DNA from: Eukaryota sp. TZLM1-RC | Lineage: Eukaryota > Protista > Metamonada: BaSk clade | NCBI GenBank assembly: GCA_040285825.1 | Contig: JAUPSS010000003.1 | Coordinates: 434,001-498,000 of the forward strand | Length of the DNA stretch: 64,000 nucleotides | Direction of reading: 5' to 3' | Notes under the pieces: generated by a model | The model's input: only the letters and a program-made list of their open reading frames with translations | Database searches by the model: none | What the model was told of the DNA's origin: nothing | Translations under genes and position numbers: made by a program | Part shown: piece after piece, positions 35,313 to 48,303 of the stretch | Layout of the letters: every line of letters starts with the position of its first letter | How positions within the stretch are numbered: the stretch's first letter is position 1

Positions 35313-37715
35313 TCTTAGCTCATGTGCACGAATATTCATAAAATTAGAGTTAAAACAGTGTTTATGGATCAGAGTTAAGAAAATCAAACTATAACAAGTA
35401 CAAAAAAATTTAAACTATGAATCACGTGATAAGAAACGTGATACTTTTTGAAACGGGTTTAGTTTCAGTTAGCACTGCCTCTTCTTCTTCCTTTTTCACG
35501 TCTCTTCTGGGCAAAAGGATTAGATTACTTGATAAATCAGTGATAGGCGGCTGTGTTACTAATGAAGACTACGAGTTGCTTGGTGGTGGTACCATCAGAC
35601 CATAGGACAGTGGCAATGTCCGATTCAATGCCTAAAATAGCATCGAGAAAGGCCTTTCCGCTGTCAGCAGCAGCTTAGGCATCGAAAACAGATTGGTGTA
35701 ATGAAGAATAAAAGGGCTTTACCAAATGAATAGATGTCTTAAGGCTTGAGCGGGTCACAGGATTGAGCAGAAGCACGGAACTAGGGGATGATACTTCCTG
35801 AACGATATATGGACCAACGTAGTGGCCATGGAGCTTGTCTGGCTTCTCGCGCAGAACAAAGACTCGATCGTTTACTTGAGGAGCATAATTCAGAGGGGTA
35901 GATGGCGGTGTGTTCTTGGAGGCGGAAATTACAAAGGCCCAAGAATGAGTCACTCAGTTAGTGATGGAAACGGTATGTTGGAGATATTCAGGGACGTCAG
36001 GTTCTTGAAGTATAGTTGAAAAGCGATCTAGTATAGAACAAAGTAGTAAGCGAGGAGAGGTTTCGGTGAATATCAGTTGGTAGGGGGAGTGGTTTAGAGA
36101 TGGACGATGGTGGGAGTTGATCAGCAAATTGGAACGTAATGACCACCAATTGTCATTATCAGAGAAGTCAAGTAGTAGTTTCCGGAGGGCTTGAAGGAAG
36201 GTTCGGTGTTGTCGTTCTACTAAACATGTGGACTAATGAAAGTGGGGAATGGACAGGGTGTGTTTGATGTCCAAATAGGAGCACATCAAGGCAAAGATCC
36301 GGTTGGATAAATCAGAGCCATTATCGGAGTGGATTAATTTTGGCGCACCAAATACTGATAATACATGAGTAAAAAGGGCGTCGACTACAGTTTGGGCTGT
36401 GACATCACGGGAAGCAACTAGTATGCTGAGTTTAGAGAACGCGTCCTTAAAATGGATAATGTTTATGTATCTGGCGACATCTGGGGAGAGCGGACCATTA
36501 CTATCACAGTGTAAGTACTCAAAAAGAGCGGCTAGCGAAGTTAAGGGAACCAGTAGGTAAGAGGTGGTGAAAAGGGACCGGGGAGGTCTTCTGGCAGGGA
36601 ATGCAATTCTTGATGTGGGTAGCCAGATCATATTTCACGGATGGCCAATAGTAGTCTAAAGCTTGCAGCTTCTTTTAACAGTCGTCACATGGGGCGTGTC
36701 CAGCTTCAGTGGCTCCGCGAATGAGTAAAAGAATCTCAGAGTGTAGGGATAAGGGAACCAGAATCTTGTACGCTTCAGATAGTTTCTAGCCAGATTGAGA
36801 ATTGATTCTGGAATTGGTAAAGAAAGGATCGTCATCGGGAAGCTTTTGTTGAGCTTTGAATAACTTGTTTATCACAGCCTGGGCAGAGAAGCTTCTGGTA
36901 ACGGGACGAAGGTGATCAAAGCTTGCTGAGGAGTCGTTTGGTGTGGTGGCCATTACGGCAAATACGATTTGGACATCGTTATCGGAGTCAGAGGTAATGT
37001 CGATGAATGAGCATGAGTAGAAGAAGAAAACGTGAGGAAGCATGGCTTGATGGAGTTGTTTTTCAGAGGAGATTTGTCCTAGTTGATAAGACTGAAGGTT
37101 GGAGCTGAAAGGGCAGGATTCTTCGTCGTCAGAACTGGCAGGAGGTTGAGTGAAGCTAGAGAAGTTACGGCGAGGTGCGGACTTAGCTTCTTTACGGAGG
37201 ACAGTGACGGGCTCAGAGGGACTTCCTAAGAGATTATCAGATTCCGAAGTTTGGGAAAGTCTGGATCTCAGCTCAGCTACCTCCTTATTGAGCAACTCCA
37301 CACGATAGTGTTCGGCAAAACGGGAAGAGGACAAGGGCGCGCTGAAGCTGGAGGAAGTCTGGACGTTAGCGGAAGGCGGGTATCTTGTCATGTTTGTCAA
37401 GACATGATTGGACATACGAGAAGTGTAAATCTTTAGCGCCTCAACATAGCAGGAGATGGACACTCGACCGGTATGCTCTAAATACGGGGCGACTGAGGAA
37501 ACGCCGGCAGAGGCAGAGGCAGGAGTGGATTTTTTCGGATCCACAGTAATTACTGTTGGCTTATGTATACGAATATCCATAAAACTAGAGTTAAAACGGA
37601 GTTTATGGATCAGAGTTAAGAAAATCAAACTATAACAAGTACAAAAAAATTTAAACTATGTATCACATGATACGAAACGTGATACTTTCCGAAACGGGTT
37701 TAGCCTTAGCTAAAA
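35313..37715 (-). mobile_element. Internally deleted Gypsy element E (gag start fused to an integrase remnant)
   Basis: Diverged LTRs at ~35313-35474 and ~37554-37715; PPT GGAAGAAGAAGAGGCAG; integrase HSDNG and KLHGHYVGPY. Confidence 0.82.
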
Positions 37716-37734
37716 TCAGCAGAACAAAATAAAT

Positions 37735-38060
37735 GATTTCGAATCAAAGATTCGTTGACTTCTAATTAATTAGACAAGAATTTGACCCGATGTTTGTTAA
37801 ACGATGAGCCAAAAATTGAAAGACACCGAAGGATGAGTTTTCTTCAAAAGTGAGTAAAATGTCCCAAATAACAAATTTTTAAAATCAAAAATATAATGTG
37901 TTTTTCAACGTCACATTCAGCAAGAAAACTTAGATTCTTGTCACAAGTATGCAATAAATTGTTCAACTGGGAATAAATTTCAACTACATTACCAAGCTAG
38001 CATCCAAACAAGTTTCATCCAATGCTTTTTGGTCACAATTAATAAAAGGAATGTCACCAT
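37735..38060 (-). mobile_element. CRE-like non-LTR fragment
   Basis: Reverse complement resembles 52600-52920 (ECDVEKHI...LKICY). Confidence 0.7.
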
Positions 38061-39435
38061 TTGTCGTCGACATTTGTTTCTCTATAAAATATATAAATAT
38101 ATATCTTCATAGCATTTTGACTTACGGATCTACAACACGAATCATATGAAGAACATCATTGACATTACGATTCCATAAACATCCACACTGCTGACAAGTG
38201 AGTTTTCCATGTCTGAAAATGTTGGAGTCTTTGCTCTCCTATAAGGTCTTGGATTAGGGAATCTTCTCAGCCCTATTTATTTTCATGAGGTGTAAGACGC
38301 ACCTTACCGGTGTGTCCTAGAAAACATACCCTGATAATTCAGAGGTCTGAAGTGGAAATATATTCTTAATTGGCTGTGACTTTGGCAATTTCTAATAACA
38401 ACGAGCCTTTTGAAAACAGCAACAAGAGTGTAAACTTTTCCGAGGGCCTTCCATTGAAATATAAGTAATTTTTCGGAGGACGCAAATCAAAAATTACATT
38501 GGGTAAAGACTAAATGTAAATTATGAAATCAATATCAGGTTCTAGCCAACAATAACTTCTTCAAAATATGAAAGACCTCAGAGTGATGATGGTAATTTTG
38601 TTTTCAGCTTATAAAAATTGTGAATTGAAAAAAATAAAAGAGTAGATGAATATAATCTATTTCGAAACAAACTGAGAAAAAAACAGTTTCGATAACATTT
38701 GTACAATTCCGGTAAATTTTACGGTAAATTTCACCTTTATACCACAAAAATAAAGGTCGAGAAATTCATTCAATAATTGTTGAAAGTTATTTTCAAGTGA
38801 GACTAAATATTCTCAAACTTTACATCTGGTGATCCTTCCCATAAATTTAAGATATAAAGTTGGAACCCCCTCAGGTACTGTATGAAAATGACATTTATAA
38901 AAATAATCCATAACTTTCTCCTTTGAAAAATTTTCAATAGTAGCTTGTGGAACTCTACCCTGCTTGACATAATGAATTGCAACAGTTTCCTCTTCAAAAA
39001 TAGCAGTAAACAGCCTCGAATATTGGGAACGGTCTAGATGTTGATGAAAAAGAATCATTAATGTTGATTGAGTTGCTGAGAACGAATCAATCAGTAGCTG
39101 GAAAAACTCTAGCAGATTCAGTAGTGTTTAAGAAGGTGTTCAATAAGAAGGCCTTGATCAAACATTTGCCAAGTCCTGACAGTGGGTGGAGTGTAATTTA
39201 GATTTAGAAAAAAGCTCTTGCTCAAAAATTTACACTGACAAAGAAAACAAAGATGCTTTGTGATTCAAATAAGACTAAGAAAATAAGTCAATTATGTACT
39301 GACTGTTTAAAATTATTTAAATTTTGCAAATTTTAGAAAATAAATTTTAAATCAAATACTTAAACAGTGTTTATTATATCAAGCTCTCCATAAATAATAA
39401 TGTACAAAATAAAATTAAAAAATTAATCCATTCCT

Positions 39436-40803
39436 TCAACGCACAACGGAAGCCAACCTACTCCTTTTATCTCTAAACTGATTACTTAAAATCCTCTGTA
39501 GCCGTGTGATATTCATTTCTTTTTGTTCAATTTGTAAATCAAGCTTTCCAAGTTCCTCTTGAAGAGACTCTAATTGTTCATCATCCTTTACCCCCACAAA
39601 TTCCTTTTCCAACTTTATGGACAAATGTTCTAATTTCTTGAGCTCACTCATCATTGAGGCATGGTCTTCGTGGATAGTAGAAACTTTAGATCTCAAGGCA
39701 ACATCAGCTTTTGTGATGATCTGCAATGACTGTATCAACTCAGATTCCTCCACATCAATGACTTCCGTTGACTTCCCTTTAGCAGCAAGAATATCTCTGA
39801 CCAAAGCACCATGTTCACCGCCATCAACGCTTGATTGCTTGACAGAATCAGCAGGTTGATCCAAATCGAATTCAAACCCTAGATCAACTGGTTCCTCTTC
39901 CCTTTCTTCCCTGTGCTCTTCCTTGATCAGTAAAGCCGAACCTTGGGGACGTGATGTTGCTGTAGAAGGACGTGCTCTCTTTGGAGGAGCTCTTCTTGCT
40001 GTCTGGGGTCGTTGAGGAATTGGCTTCTCAAAGATAGCAGCTGCTGAGGCTTTAACACCGGATGGGGGAACTTCTTTTTCTTTGTTTTCCTGAGGATGTT
40101 CTAAGTGGGGGGATCTCGATTTAGTTGATTCTTGATGGATTGATTGCTGATTGGATTGAATAGGGGGTATAAACGGTTCTGCTGACTCTTGTGGTTGATT
40201 CCTAGATGAAACAAGGATTTCTGCTTCCATTGGAGCAGATTCTTCAGCATTATCGTTTTGCTCTCTTGGGTCAGGAGAAAAATGTCTATTGTCAGGTTGA
40301 TTGGTGTTAGGTTTGGATGGCTCTTCATGGGGTTGAGTCACAGCAGATGATTGTGAGACCTGTACAAGAGGAGGAGAAGGTTGAGGAGAAGGTTGAGGAG
40401 ATGGTTGAGGAGATGGTTGAGGAGAAGGTTGAGGGGAAGGTTGGTGTTGGAGGAGAGATGCAGCTTCAACCATTGCACAAAGCCACTCAGCTGTTCTTTC
40501 TGGTTCTAAACCTGCTACAATTTTGGAAGTACGAACGGGAATATCACGACCCAGAGTTTGGGAAGTGTAATTAATTATCTTCTTAAGCCAGGCGACTTTT
40601 GAAGCCTTGTCCTTGATGTTGGAATTGTCTAATTCTTCAGGAGTAAAGAGGTCAGAAGCAAAAGACGAATTACTGATAAGCTCACAAGTGAGATCGTGTA
40701 GATAACGAAAAGGAGGTTTTGATAAAAGTTTGTCAGAAAGAGGTGTTTTTTGTATAAAAGAACTGAGAGCGTCTCGGGTGTTTGAAATCCATTGGTGAGA
40801 CAT
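39436..40803 (-). CDS. IFT54: Intraflagellar transport protein 54 (TRAF3IP1/MIP-T3)
   Basis: LSDKLLSKPPFRYLHD, IKDKASKVAWLKK, KIVAGLEPERT, RPQTARRAPPK, HGALVRDIL, C-terminal coiled coil; PSPQ repeat at ~40375-40445. Confidence 0.95.
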   Translation of the reverse strand: MSHQWISNTRDALSSFIQKTPLSDKLLSKPPFRYLHDLTCELISNSSFASDLFTPEELDNSNIKDKASKVAWLKKIINYTSQTLGRDIPVRTSKIVAGLEPERTAEWLCAMVEAASLLQHQPSPQPSPQPSPQPSPQPSPQPSPPLVQVSQSSAVTQPHEEPSKPNTNQPDNRHFSPDPREQNDNAEESAPMEAEILVSSRNQPQESAEPFIPPIQSNQQSIHQESTKSRSPHLEHPQENKEKEVPPSGVKASAAAIFEKPIPQRPQTARRAPPKRARPSTATSRPQGSALLIKEEHREEREEEPVDLGFEFDLDQPADSVKQSSVDGGEHGALVRDILAAKGKSTEVIDVEESELIQSLQIITKADVALRSKVSTIHEDHASMMSELKKLEHLSIKLEKEFVGVKDDEQLESLQEELGKLDLQIEQKEMNITRLQRILSNQFRDKRSRLASVVR

Positions 40804-41619
40804 GAGCTACTGGAACAGTGTAATGTGGATGAAATTAAAAGGAAGTTCTTTTCTTTTACAAACTAGGGAATTTCGAGCTTGCATCACTTTTAAGCCACCG
40901 CCTATGGTGTTTCTATATCGATCTACTGCAAGGGGAAGCTCTACTTTAGTCGACAACCACATACGAGATTCTTTAGCAGAAAGGATGCGGAACAAATGTT
41001 TAAGAGCTTGAAATGGTAGTTTTTGATAGATGGATTTCATTGTTGACTTCAAAGTGAGTAAGCTTTTAATCAATGAAATCCATTTATTGGCAACTCTTTC
41101 TCCAGAGAAAAACTTCAAAGCCAAATGTTTCTTCTGCTATTTTTCAATTGTTGTACTTTTTAATGTAGATCTACCATTTAAATCTTGCTCCATTGACAAT
41201 GTTAACTCACAACTCACGACTGTTGTCCTTCTCTTTCTTTATGATATGAATATAATGAAAACTCAACACTCTCAATACCAAAAAGAAATGTTGAGTTGGT
41301 TATTCAACGATTAGCATGGCGAGCTAGTTCACAATAAATAAATGATTTTGGACTATCATCTATCATGGTAACTTGGACAACTGCATAAAATGTGACACAA
41401 TGTTTATGGTTCAAATTTACATAATCAGCACACAGGAGACAATAGTTTAAATCATTCAGGCATTTTCCAACAAATTTTTCATCGATAAAGGTCATCAGTA
41501 GTAGGAAGACTCAATATGGACTGTGTTCTGAAATGAATTTTTGGTTGCTGGTTAGCCTATGTGCTTCAAATTTTTTATGGATTACAGGCAATTTTGGAGA
41601 AAATGAAAATTGATCTTGC

Positions 41620-42530
41620 TTAGAAAAGCAAAATAAATTTTTCATGGTACGACTGTGAGAATAGCTCATTTTTTGAGACTCTCTCCATAGCTATATATAT
41701 TTGTCGATTCTTTAACTCAATAAAGATAGAATTCATCACTTAATAATTGGATGTGGATCGAGATATGGTAAATCTAAAATTGTAAACCATCATCTATTTT
41801 GTTCAACACATTTTGGAGGTGTTGGCTTTAAAAAGTCTTGAGATGTGTGCCAATCAGTTTTTTTTGGACGGTTGAACAAATTCCATTTATGGTTTTTCAT
41901 GTAGATTTTTCGAATATTGCCTATTGTTACATCTCAACAGCAAGTCTATATATGAAGGAGTTATCCTTTGAATGTGAACAACTGCCACTTTAAATTGAGA
42001 TCAAGTTTTTGCCCCAAAGAATTCAAGAATTCCTGACTGTTCTGTTGTAAATTTGACGTTGTGTTGCAAAAAGATACAGCAACAAATGCCATTGTTTTCT
42101 TTCATATTTTAGAAAGCGTGACTCTTTGTGTTAGACTTGGCTTGAGTAAGAAGTACTTTCGCGTTTGCAAATGTTCAACAAGATGAGTGCGACATTACGT
42201 CTTCCACTTTCGTAACAGCGAATTTAAAATTTGTTTTATTTTTATTTATTGCACGTTTTTATGATTCTGTATGACATTTCGTTCCTTTATCTGACAGTTT
42301 AAAAGACAGTTTTGCAAAATACAGATCTCGTAATAAATTGAATTCACCTTTTTGCTTAAATAGAACTGTTTTTCACATTTTCAAGTCTATTCCAACAATA
42401 ATTTCTAAAGTTTCATTAGCTATTAGTGTAGAATAAGACCGAAATGCTGTGAGTAGGTTTAGTAATTGTGATGCATTTTTGGACGATATTGAATTCTAGA
42501 TAGTATTTTAGGTCAATAAAAATATATAAA
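41620..42530 (+). mobile_element. Highly degenerate CRE-like non-LTR remnant
   Basis: Patchy similarity to 34000-35240, clearest at the 3' end (42350-42500). Confidence 0.6.
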
Positions 42531-42539
42531 TAAAAGTAG

Positions 42540-45500
42540 AGTTGCGGGAAAGCATAATTTATAGCTGTAAGTGTCAATATTAGGTTGGTTAAATCGGGTT
42601 AGGATAAAGATAATTTCATTTAAACCTATATGATATATAATAATTTTTCTATCAATAACGTGGAGCTGGAAGGGACTTCTAGAAATAGATATAGGCCTAA
42701 CCAAGATCCGTGTAACTTATTTGGTTGTTTTGTCCTTCGAAGATCATAGTCACCAATATTAAATATATTTTCAAATATTCATTGTTTCAATTGTTTCAGT
42801 ATTGTAGAAGGGGATTGTTTTTGGTGGACAAGCGATTCCATCTTTATTGGGCTTTGTTGCTGTATTGAGCTTAAAAATCGGACAAACATTTATTATACTG
42901 ACTATTATTTAAATTAATCTGATATTTAGACTTATCTATTTGCCGAGCAAAATCTTTTTCACTATAAAAAGTTGATTCCATATGGCCTTTTTGGTGAGTC
43001 TTAATTGTGTTATCAAATATTGCTTCAGCATTTAGCAGAATGCGGCGCTCTTCGTCTAGTAAAATAACTAAACGGTGATATGTCATCAGCCCAAGTTGTT
43101 GTAACATGTCTACCCCAATTAAAAATTTGTTCGAACCCAACATAATGGGAAGAGTATGTTTTATTGATACTTGGTTCGCAATGCTACCCACATTGAGCGT
43201 CAAAATGCTTTGTGCACTTCCAAGCGAATTGATTGATACATTAGTAGCGGGGATGGACATTGAACTCATATTTGCTAGGTCACGAGAAATGAAAAAACAA
43301 TATGCAATTGTGTGTATCAAGCCTTTTATGATAAGATTGTTAATTCTGACTTAAAATTGTAAAAACTGAGGCTGCAGGAATCTGTCGTGGTTGTGGTTGT
43401 GCAAGATATTGATTCTACGTAACCAGTGATCAACTTGCAAGAGTAGGTGTGGAATTCACCTGTCTCCAGCTTAAGTTTGGATGCAGCGTTCCTCAATAGC
43501 TTAACCGTCTCTCTATTTTTTTCCACTTTCATCCATGTCATCATATCAATCCTAACTATTTTTGCTATTAAAAAAGCTCACCAGTTTGTCCTTCGAGTAA
43601 CTTTTTTTTAAATTCGTCAAACAGTGGCTGCGTCAAAGCCAAAATGTTGATACCTGTTGAGAAACATGCTCCACTGAAGATATCGGAAGGGTGAACACTC
43701 CACTCACTGATTCACGTCTTTGAGTTTTGCAAAAACATTTGTTATGTAAATCGACATCCTCTAAATATCTGGAAAACTTTTCTATGTATATGGCAAATTT
43801 GCTTCCGGTGTTTTCAATGGATTTAACTATGCGCCAATTTAATTGAGGTTTATGTAGGGCTGATTTCGTATCATGGAGTGAACTGAACCGACTGTGTTTA
43901 CAAAGCAGCAGTATTTCTGTTTAATCCATGCTAATTATTTGTTGTGGTTTCCAAAATGATATTATCCTATCACTTATGGTGTCCGAAACTCCTATAAAAT
44001 TAGCCGTGACTAAAATGTACCTAAACAGGTTGTAGTTTTGAAATGGTTGGCCCTATTTACTAAATGATAGTTGGATCAATTCTATAAAATTTGGTTTTTG
44101 TAACGAATTTAATTAAGATTAAAGTGAATCAATCTGTTGTTGTAGCTGAATTGTGTCACCTTCTTGCAGAGCTAACAACTGAAATAGACTACTGATCATG
44201 TTTGATATTTCTTGTTGTTGAGGCAAGCTTGATTGAGGCATTTTGATTTCATCGACATTGGCTGCGCCTTTTCTACCTGTTTCAGCTTAGGGTGCAAATT
44301 CTAGCAAAAAAGAAACTATCTTCATCCGAGTTTCGGGGAATTCGATTCTGGGTGGCTTATTCAGTGGTTCATGTTTTTTTGCTTTTGATCTATAGTGGTA
44401 TCCAACGTGAGATTGTTAATTTATGTTTTTTTGCTTTTGATCTATAGTGGTATCCAACGTGAGATTGTTAATTTAGAAGCAACTGGCGTGGGTCGTGTTC
44501 ATTTGCGTTTTGATTGTGACGGTGGATGAAAAGTCTTGTCTACTTAACTCGGGACCTGGTTGATGAAATGTCGACTCTTTCATATGTATTGTCGTCTCTA
44601 ATGGTTTGAAAAGCCTTTTTAATGCCAATGATGGAGGTGAAAACATATGCCTTGTTATTAACCCATGTCACTCAATTTGCACATTATGGTGATTGGGAGG
44701 AGATCTGTCTGTGGAGAAGACTGCTGTTTCCATAATGCATGGTCTCGCCTTCAGTTTACTCTTTGCTCCCTATGTATTGGTCTGAAAGGTTGAGCAGCAA
44801 GTCTCATCTCAACGAGTTCAGAATTTGATGAAAATGGGTAAAATTCGTGAGCCTCTCTAATTACCGTGTAATCTATTCTGAAAGCGGATGTGTCCTTATA
44901 TCAAAACGTATCATATAATTATCGTGTATCATATAATTTGTCCAACCCTGTTCTACACCAGTTTGTTGGAAATGAACATCCTTAAATCCGTCGATTCGAC
45001 CGCAGAAGGCTCGCCCATATTTGATAACCTCTTACCACCGAATTCGTAAGTCGTATTTGTTGAAGGTAGCGCTTTTGCCTATAACATCGAAAATGTTTGC
45101 GCGAAGTTTGGAAATAATGAATTTATAGGAGGACTCTAAAGGGGATAACCTTATCCTACGTTCTGCAGGTCTTTCCGACGATTCTTGACTTTCGAGGTCT
45201 AGGAGCGCTATAGTTTTTCTTAGCATCTGGTGGATTGAAGGAACTTCCCTTAAACCGATTATAGTTTCATTTAGGGTTTGTACCACACAATTTCCGACGT
45301 CAATGTACTGGGACGAATCTGATGGTAGGGACTTCACGATTCCGTTGGCATGTTTTGTTACTGTTCTCCTCAGCCAATGATGCGAGAAGTGATTCTATCT
45401 CTTGACATTTGACAGGGGGGTTATCTTGTGAACATTTGGCCGCCGTCAGAATTGTATTAGCTGACAAGTAAGCGTTTTGATTGGGAGAGAGTTCCTCCGA

Positions 45501-46173
45501 ATGAGTTAGGTTTGGAGTGGATTTTTTGACCCGAATTTGTGTATCATGCAGGGAGAGGGGATCTCCGCTAGTTTGTAAAGAAGTGAGGTTTTGACCCGTT
45601 CTTAATTGGCTTTGAATGGGGTGAGAAAACCCAAACTTATATGGGCAGGAGGGGTGAATTGCACTCGAACTCGTTTTCTTGTCCGAAGTACTCATTGTAC
45701 TTGAAATTATATTCAGAGGATGGTGAAAACGATCTCCTCTTGAAGCTGTCTGACATACCTCAGACTTCTTTTGGCTGCTTAAAGCGCTGTTGTTGTAACC
45801 TGCTTTTCGTGCCTAAAACGCACAATAACTATTGTTGCAGAAAAGCTGATCTGCAAGCTGTATGTGTTGGTGTGAGGTTTACAGTAAAATCGGGTTAGGG
45901 TCTCAGATAATTCTATTTAAACCTATGTGTTGGCTTATGTGCACGTTGGTTTTCCATTAACTAAAATCACAGACGTTTATGGAACAGAATTAGGAAAATC
46001 AAATCTAAATTAAACAAGAACGATTTTATGCTTAAGATGACGTGTTACATTACGCCATACTTTCCGGAACTGGAAGGAGGAGTTTTGCCAGGATAACATA
46101 TGCAATAGATAATGAGATATTCACTAGTGAGATTCCTCTAAAAGCCAGAAATGTGTTTCCATAGAAAATCACA
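42540..46173 (-). mobile_element. Degenerate Gypsy element F (gag and protease remnants)
   Basis: Protease-region ORF 42871..43320 homologous to 58215..59045; LTR-like repeats near 42540-42700 and from 45833; 52-bp tandem duplication at 44371-44474. Boundaries are approximate. Confidence 0.7.
45928..46098. repeat. Solo LTR (171 bp) related to the element E LTRs
   Basis: TGTTGGCTTATGT...ATAACA; perfect 4-bp TSD TATG. Confidence 0.85.
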
Positions 46174-46785
46174 ATAGGTATATGGGTGATCGAACACCTC
46201 CCCGTTGTTCAACTTTGTCAAACAGTGAATTACGTGGTGCCACCCACCATAGTTGGTCGAATTCATTATTTTATACAAATAAACTTCATCATTAGTAAAT
46301 CATTACTTTATTCTTGTATCAATTGGTTGTGCTAATTTCCGTGGCCTGGTAAAAAAAACCTTTTATGCGAATGCGTATCCCCCAATAATGCTTATGATGA
46401 AGTTGAATATTCAAGAGGACGCCTTCATGCCATACAGCTCAGCAACTTTGCTGGTAAGATGGGTGAACATTACGTTGTTGATTGCCATGGTTCTGTGATA
46501 CTTTGTCCCAATTGGGAAAAAACTCACTGATGGTTGCTGTTTTCCGTCCCATCCTGTTAAAATCAATCCATATTTTGTTTCAATAGTTATAGGTTTAGTA
46601 ATTGGCGTGTAAGTGGAATAAACTTGTTTAATAATAATGAGCAGTCAGTCAGGCATGTCAGAAAGTAATAGAATTTCATAGGCGGAAAAAAACACCTGTT
46701 GCCGGAAGGCATATTTGCAAGTTGTATGTCAGAATGTATGTGTTATGGAAAAGGGGATTGGGATAAAAGATAATTTAATTTAAAT

Positions 46786-47202
46786 CATACCTGGGCATGA
46801 CAACTACTCTCATTTGTCATGACACTGTAGTTAAACAACGATATTGTATATTTTTTATAAATTTTTTTGTTGTATTTAAATTTTGTTCTATTTAAATTTT
46901 ATTTAACAATTTCTGCAAACAACCAAAATCTCTTCATTAACCACGGCAACATAGATCTCCACAACTATTGCGGTAGTTGCGCTCAAAGACGAGGCTCCAT
47001 GCCGGATGTGTACTATTTTGAAGGGAGTGCAGTTTGAAGCCCTCAGTGGGTGTCTCGTTCAAAGTTGTGGACATGAAGTTTTTGAATAAATGTGTCTTTA
47101 TTGATTTAACGTGTATGTTTTGTACAAAAGATTCAATTTGTCATAACACCATGACAGCAGTGTTGATTGTCATAACAAGTCATGACGTTATGCCCAGGTA
47201 TG
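46786..47202. mobile_element. hAT-like MITE inserted in an LTR-like sequence (~46741-47253)
   Basis: TIR CATACCTGGGCAT(G/A)AC; 8-bp TSD ATTTAAAT/ATTTAAAC. Confidence 0.85.
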
Positions 47203-47373
47203 ATTTAAACCTATACTATATTAAGGTACTTGCTAGTGAGATAACTACGAACACTGGTTTTTCAAAAGAAATCAAATTCATCAAGACTTGATTTGAATGG
47301 ATTAAAAGCATTTTTTGGGTATCTGTTTTCTAGTGTAGACCTCTTTCCATTGTTATAGACAATCTCTTTAAGA

Positions 47374-48273
47374 ATGGCTCCCAACGTTTCTTCTTTTCTC
47401 GGTGATGTTCTTGCCATTCCTCAAATACATGATCTTATTGGTACTAATGCAGAGACGTTTCACAATGTGTTCTCTTTCTACTCTATGGGAACTAACCGCA
47501 TGACGGAAAATCAATTTGTTGTTAGCATCAAACGTCTAAATCTCAATTGCGAGAATATGCCAACGCCTGCAGTCCGCCAAATCTTTCATGAACTAATAGA
47601 AGAGTATAAGGGACTTGAACGCAACAAGCCAGCTTCTACAAGCCCTTCATCCTCACCAGCTTCTCTTATGCTTTCCCCAACAATGAACGCCTCAAGTCAA
47701 AACCCTGATTCCATTGGCACAGGTCCTCGCAATGTCGTCAAGAGTATCTCGTTCATCCAATTTGTTGAAGGGCTCATTCGCATAATCTATGATAAGTTTG
47801 CTCACCTCAAACAGTACACTCTTTGTGAAAAGCTAGAATTTACCATTGCTTCCCGATTAGCCCCCCACGTTGAAGAAATTGAAGCAGCCAAGAAGGAAGA
47901 AGCGCATTTTACTGCATGTGTGGAGCAAATGACTCCTGAACAAAAATCAACTTTAACGAGAATATTCTCAAAGTACTCTACCCGGGACACTAAATACTCA
48001 TCAAAGAAGGAACTCCGAATGACCCACTCAGGTTGGATTAAGTTTCTTAAAGAAGGAATGTGGATCGGAGGTGGTCTTTCGATGATGGCAGCCAACAATA
48101 TTTTCACCAAACTCACAGGGGAATCTGTCAGAAGTGCTGTTGTAGGAGCTAGCCATGGAGTAATGAAAGTTGGAGATTTTTTCAAGGCAGTTGCAATGGT
48201 ATCTCATGTATTATATAGTGAAGGTGATGCTTTAGAGTCGTTTTTGGACGAACTTATTCAGTTAAAAATGTAA
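47374..48273 (+). CDS. Hypothetical protein with two TPPP/p25- or EF-hand-like helical modules
   Basis: Intact 299-aa ORF; repeated F..Y...M...F/W...IF...F/M..F pattern. Confidence 0.55.
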   Translation: MAPNVSSFLGDVLAIPQIHDLIGTNAETFHNVFSFYSMGTNRMTENQFVVSIKRLNLNCENMPTPAVRQIFHELIEEYKGLERNKPASTSPSSSPASLMLSPTMNASSQNPDSIGTGPRNVVKSISFIQFVEGLIRIIYDKFAHLKQYTLCEKLEFTIASRLAPHVEEIEAAKKEEAHFTACVEQMTPEQKSTLTRIFSKYSTRDTKYSSKKELRMTHSGWIKFLKEGMWIGGGLSMMAANNIFTKLTGESVRSAVVGASHGVMKVGDFFKAVAMVSHVLYSEGDALESFLDELIQLKM

Positions 48274-48303
48274 TAATGGAATAAAACACAATTATTTTGT
48301 AAT

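Noticed and set aside
38070-39300. Coding-like remnants (38803..39058)
   Set aside because: Too fragmented to assign to any family by eye.
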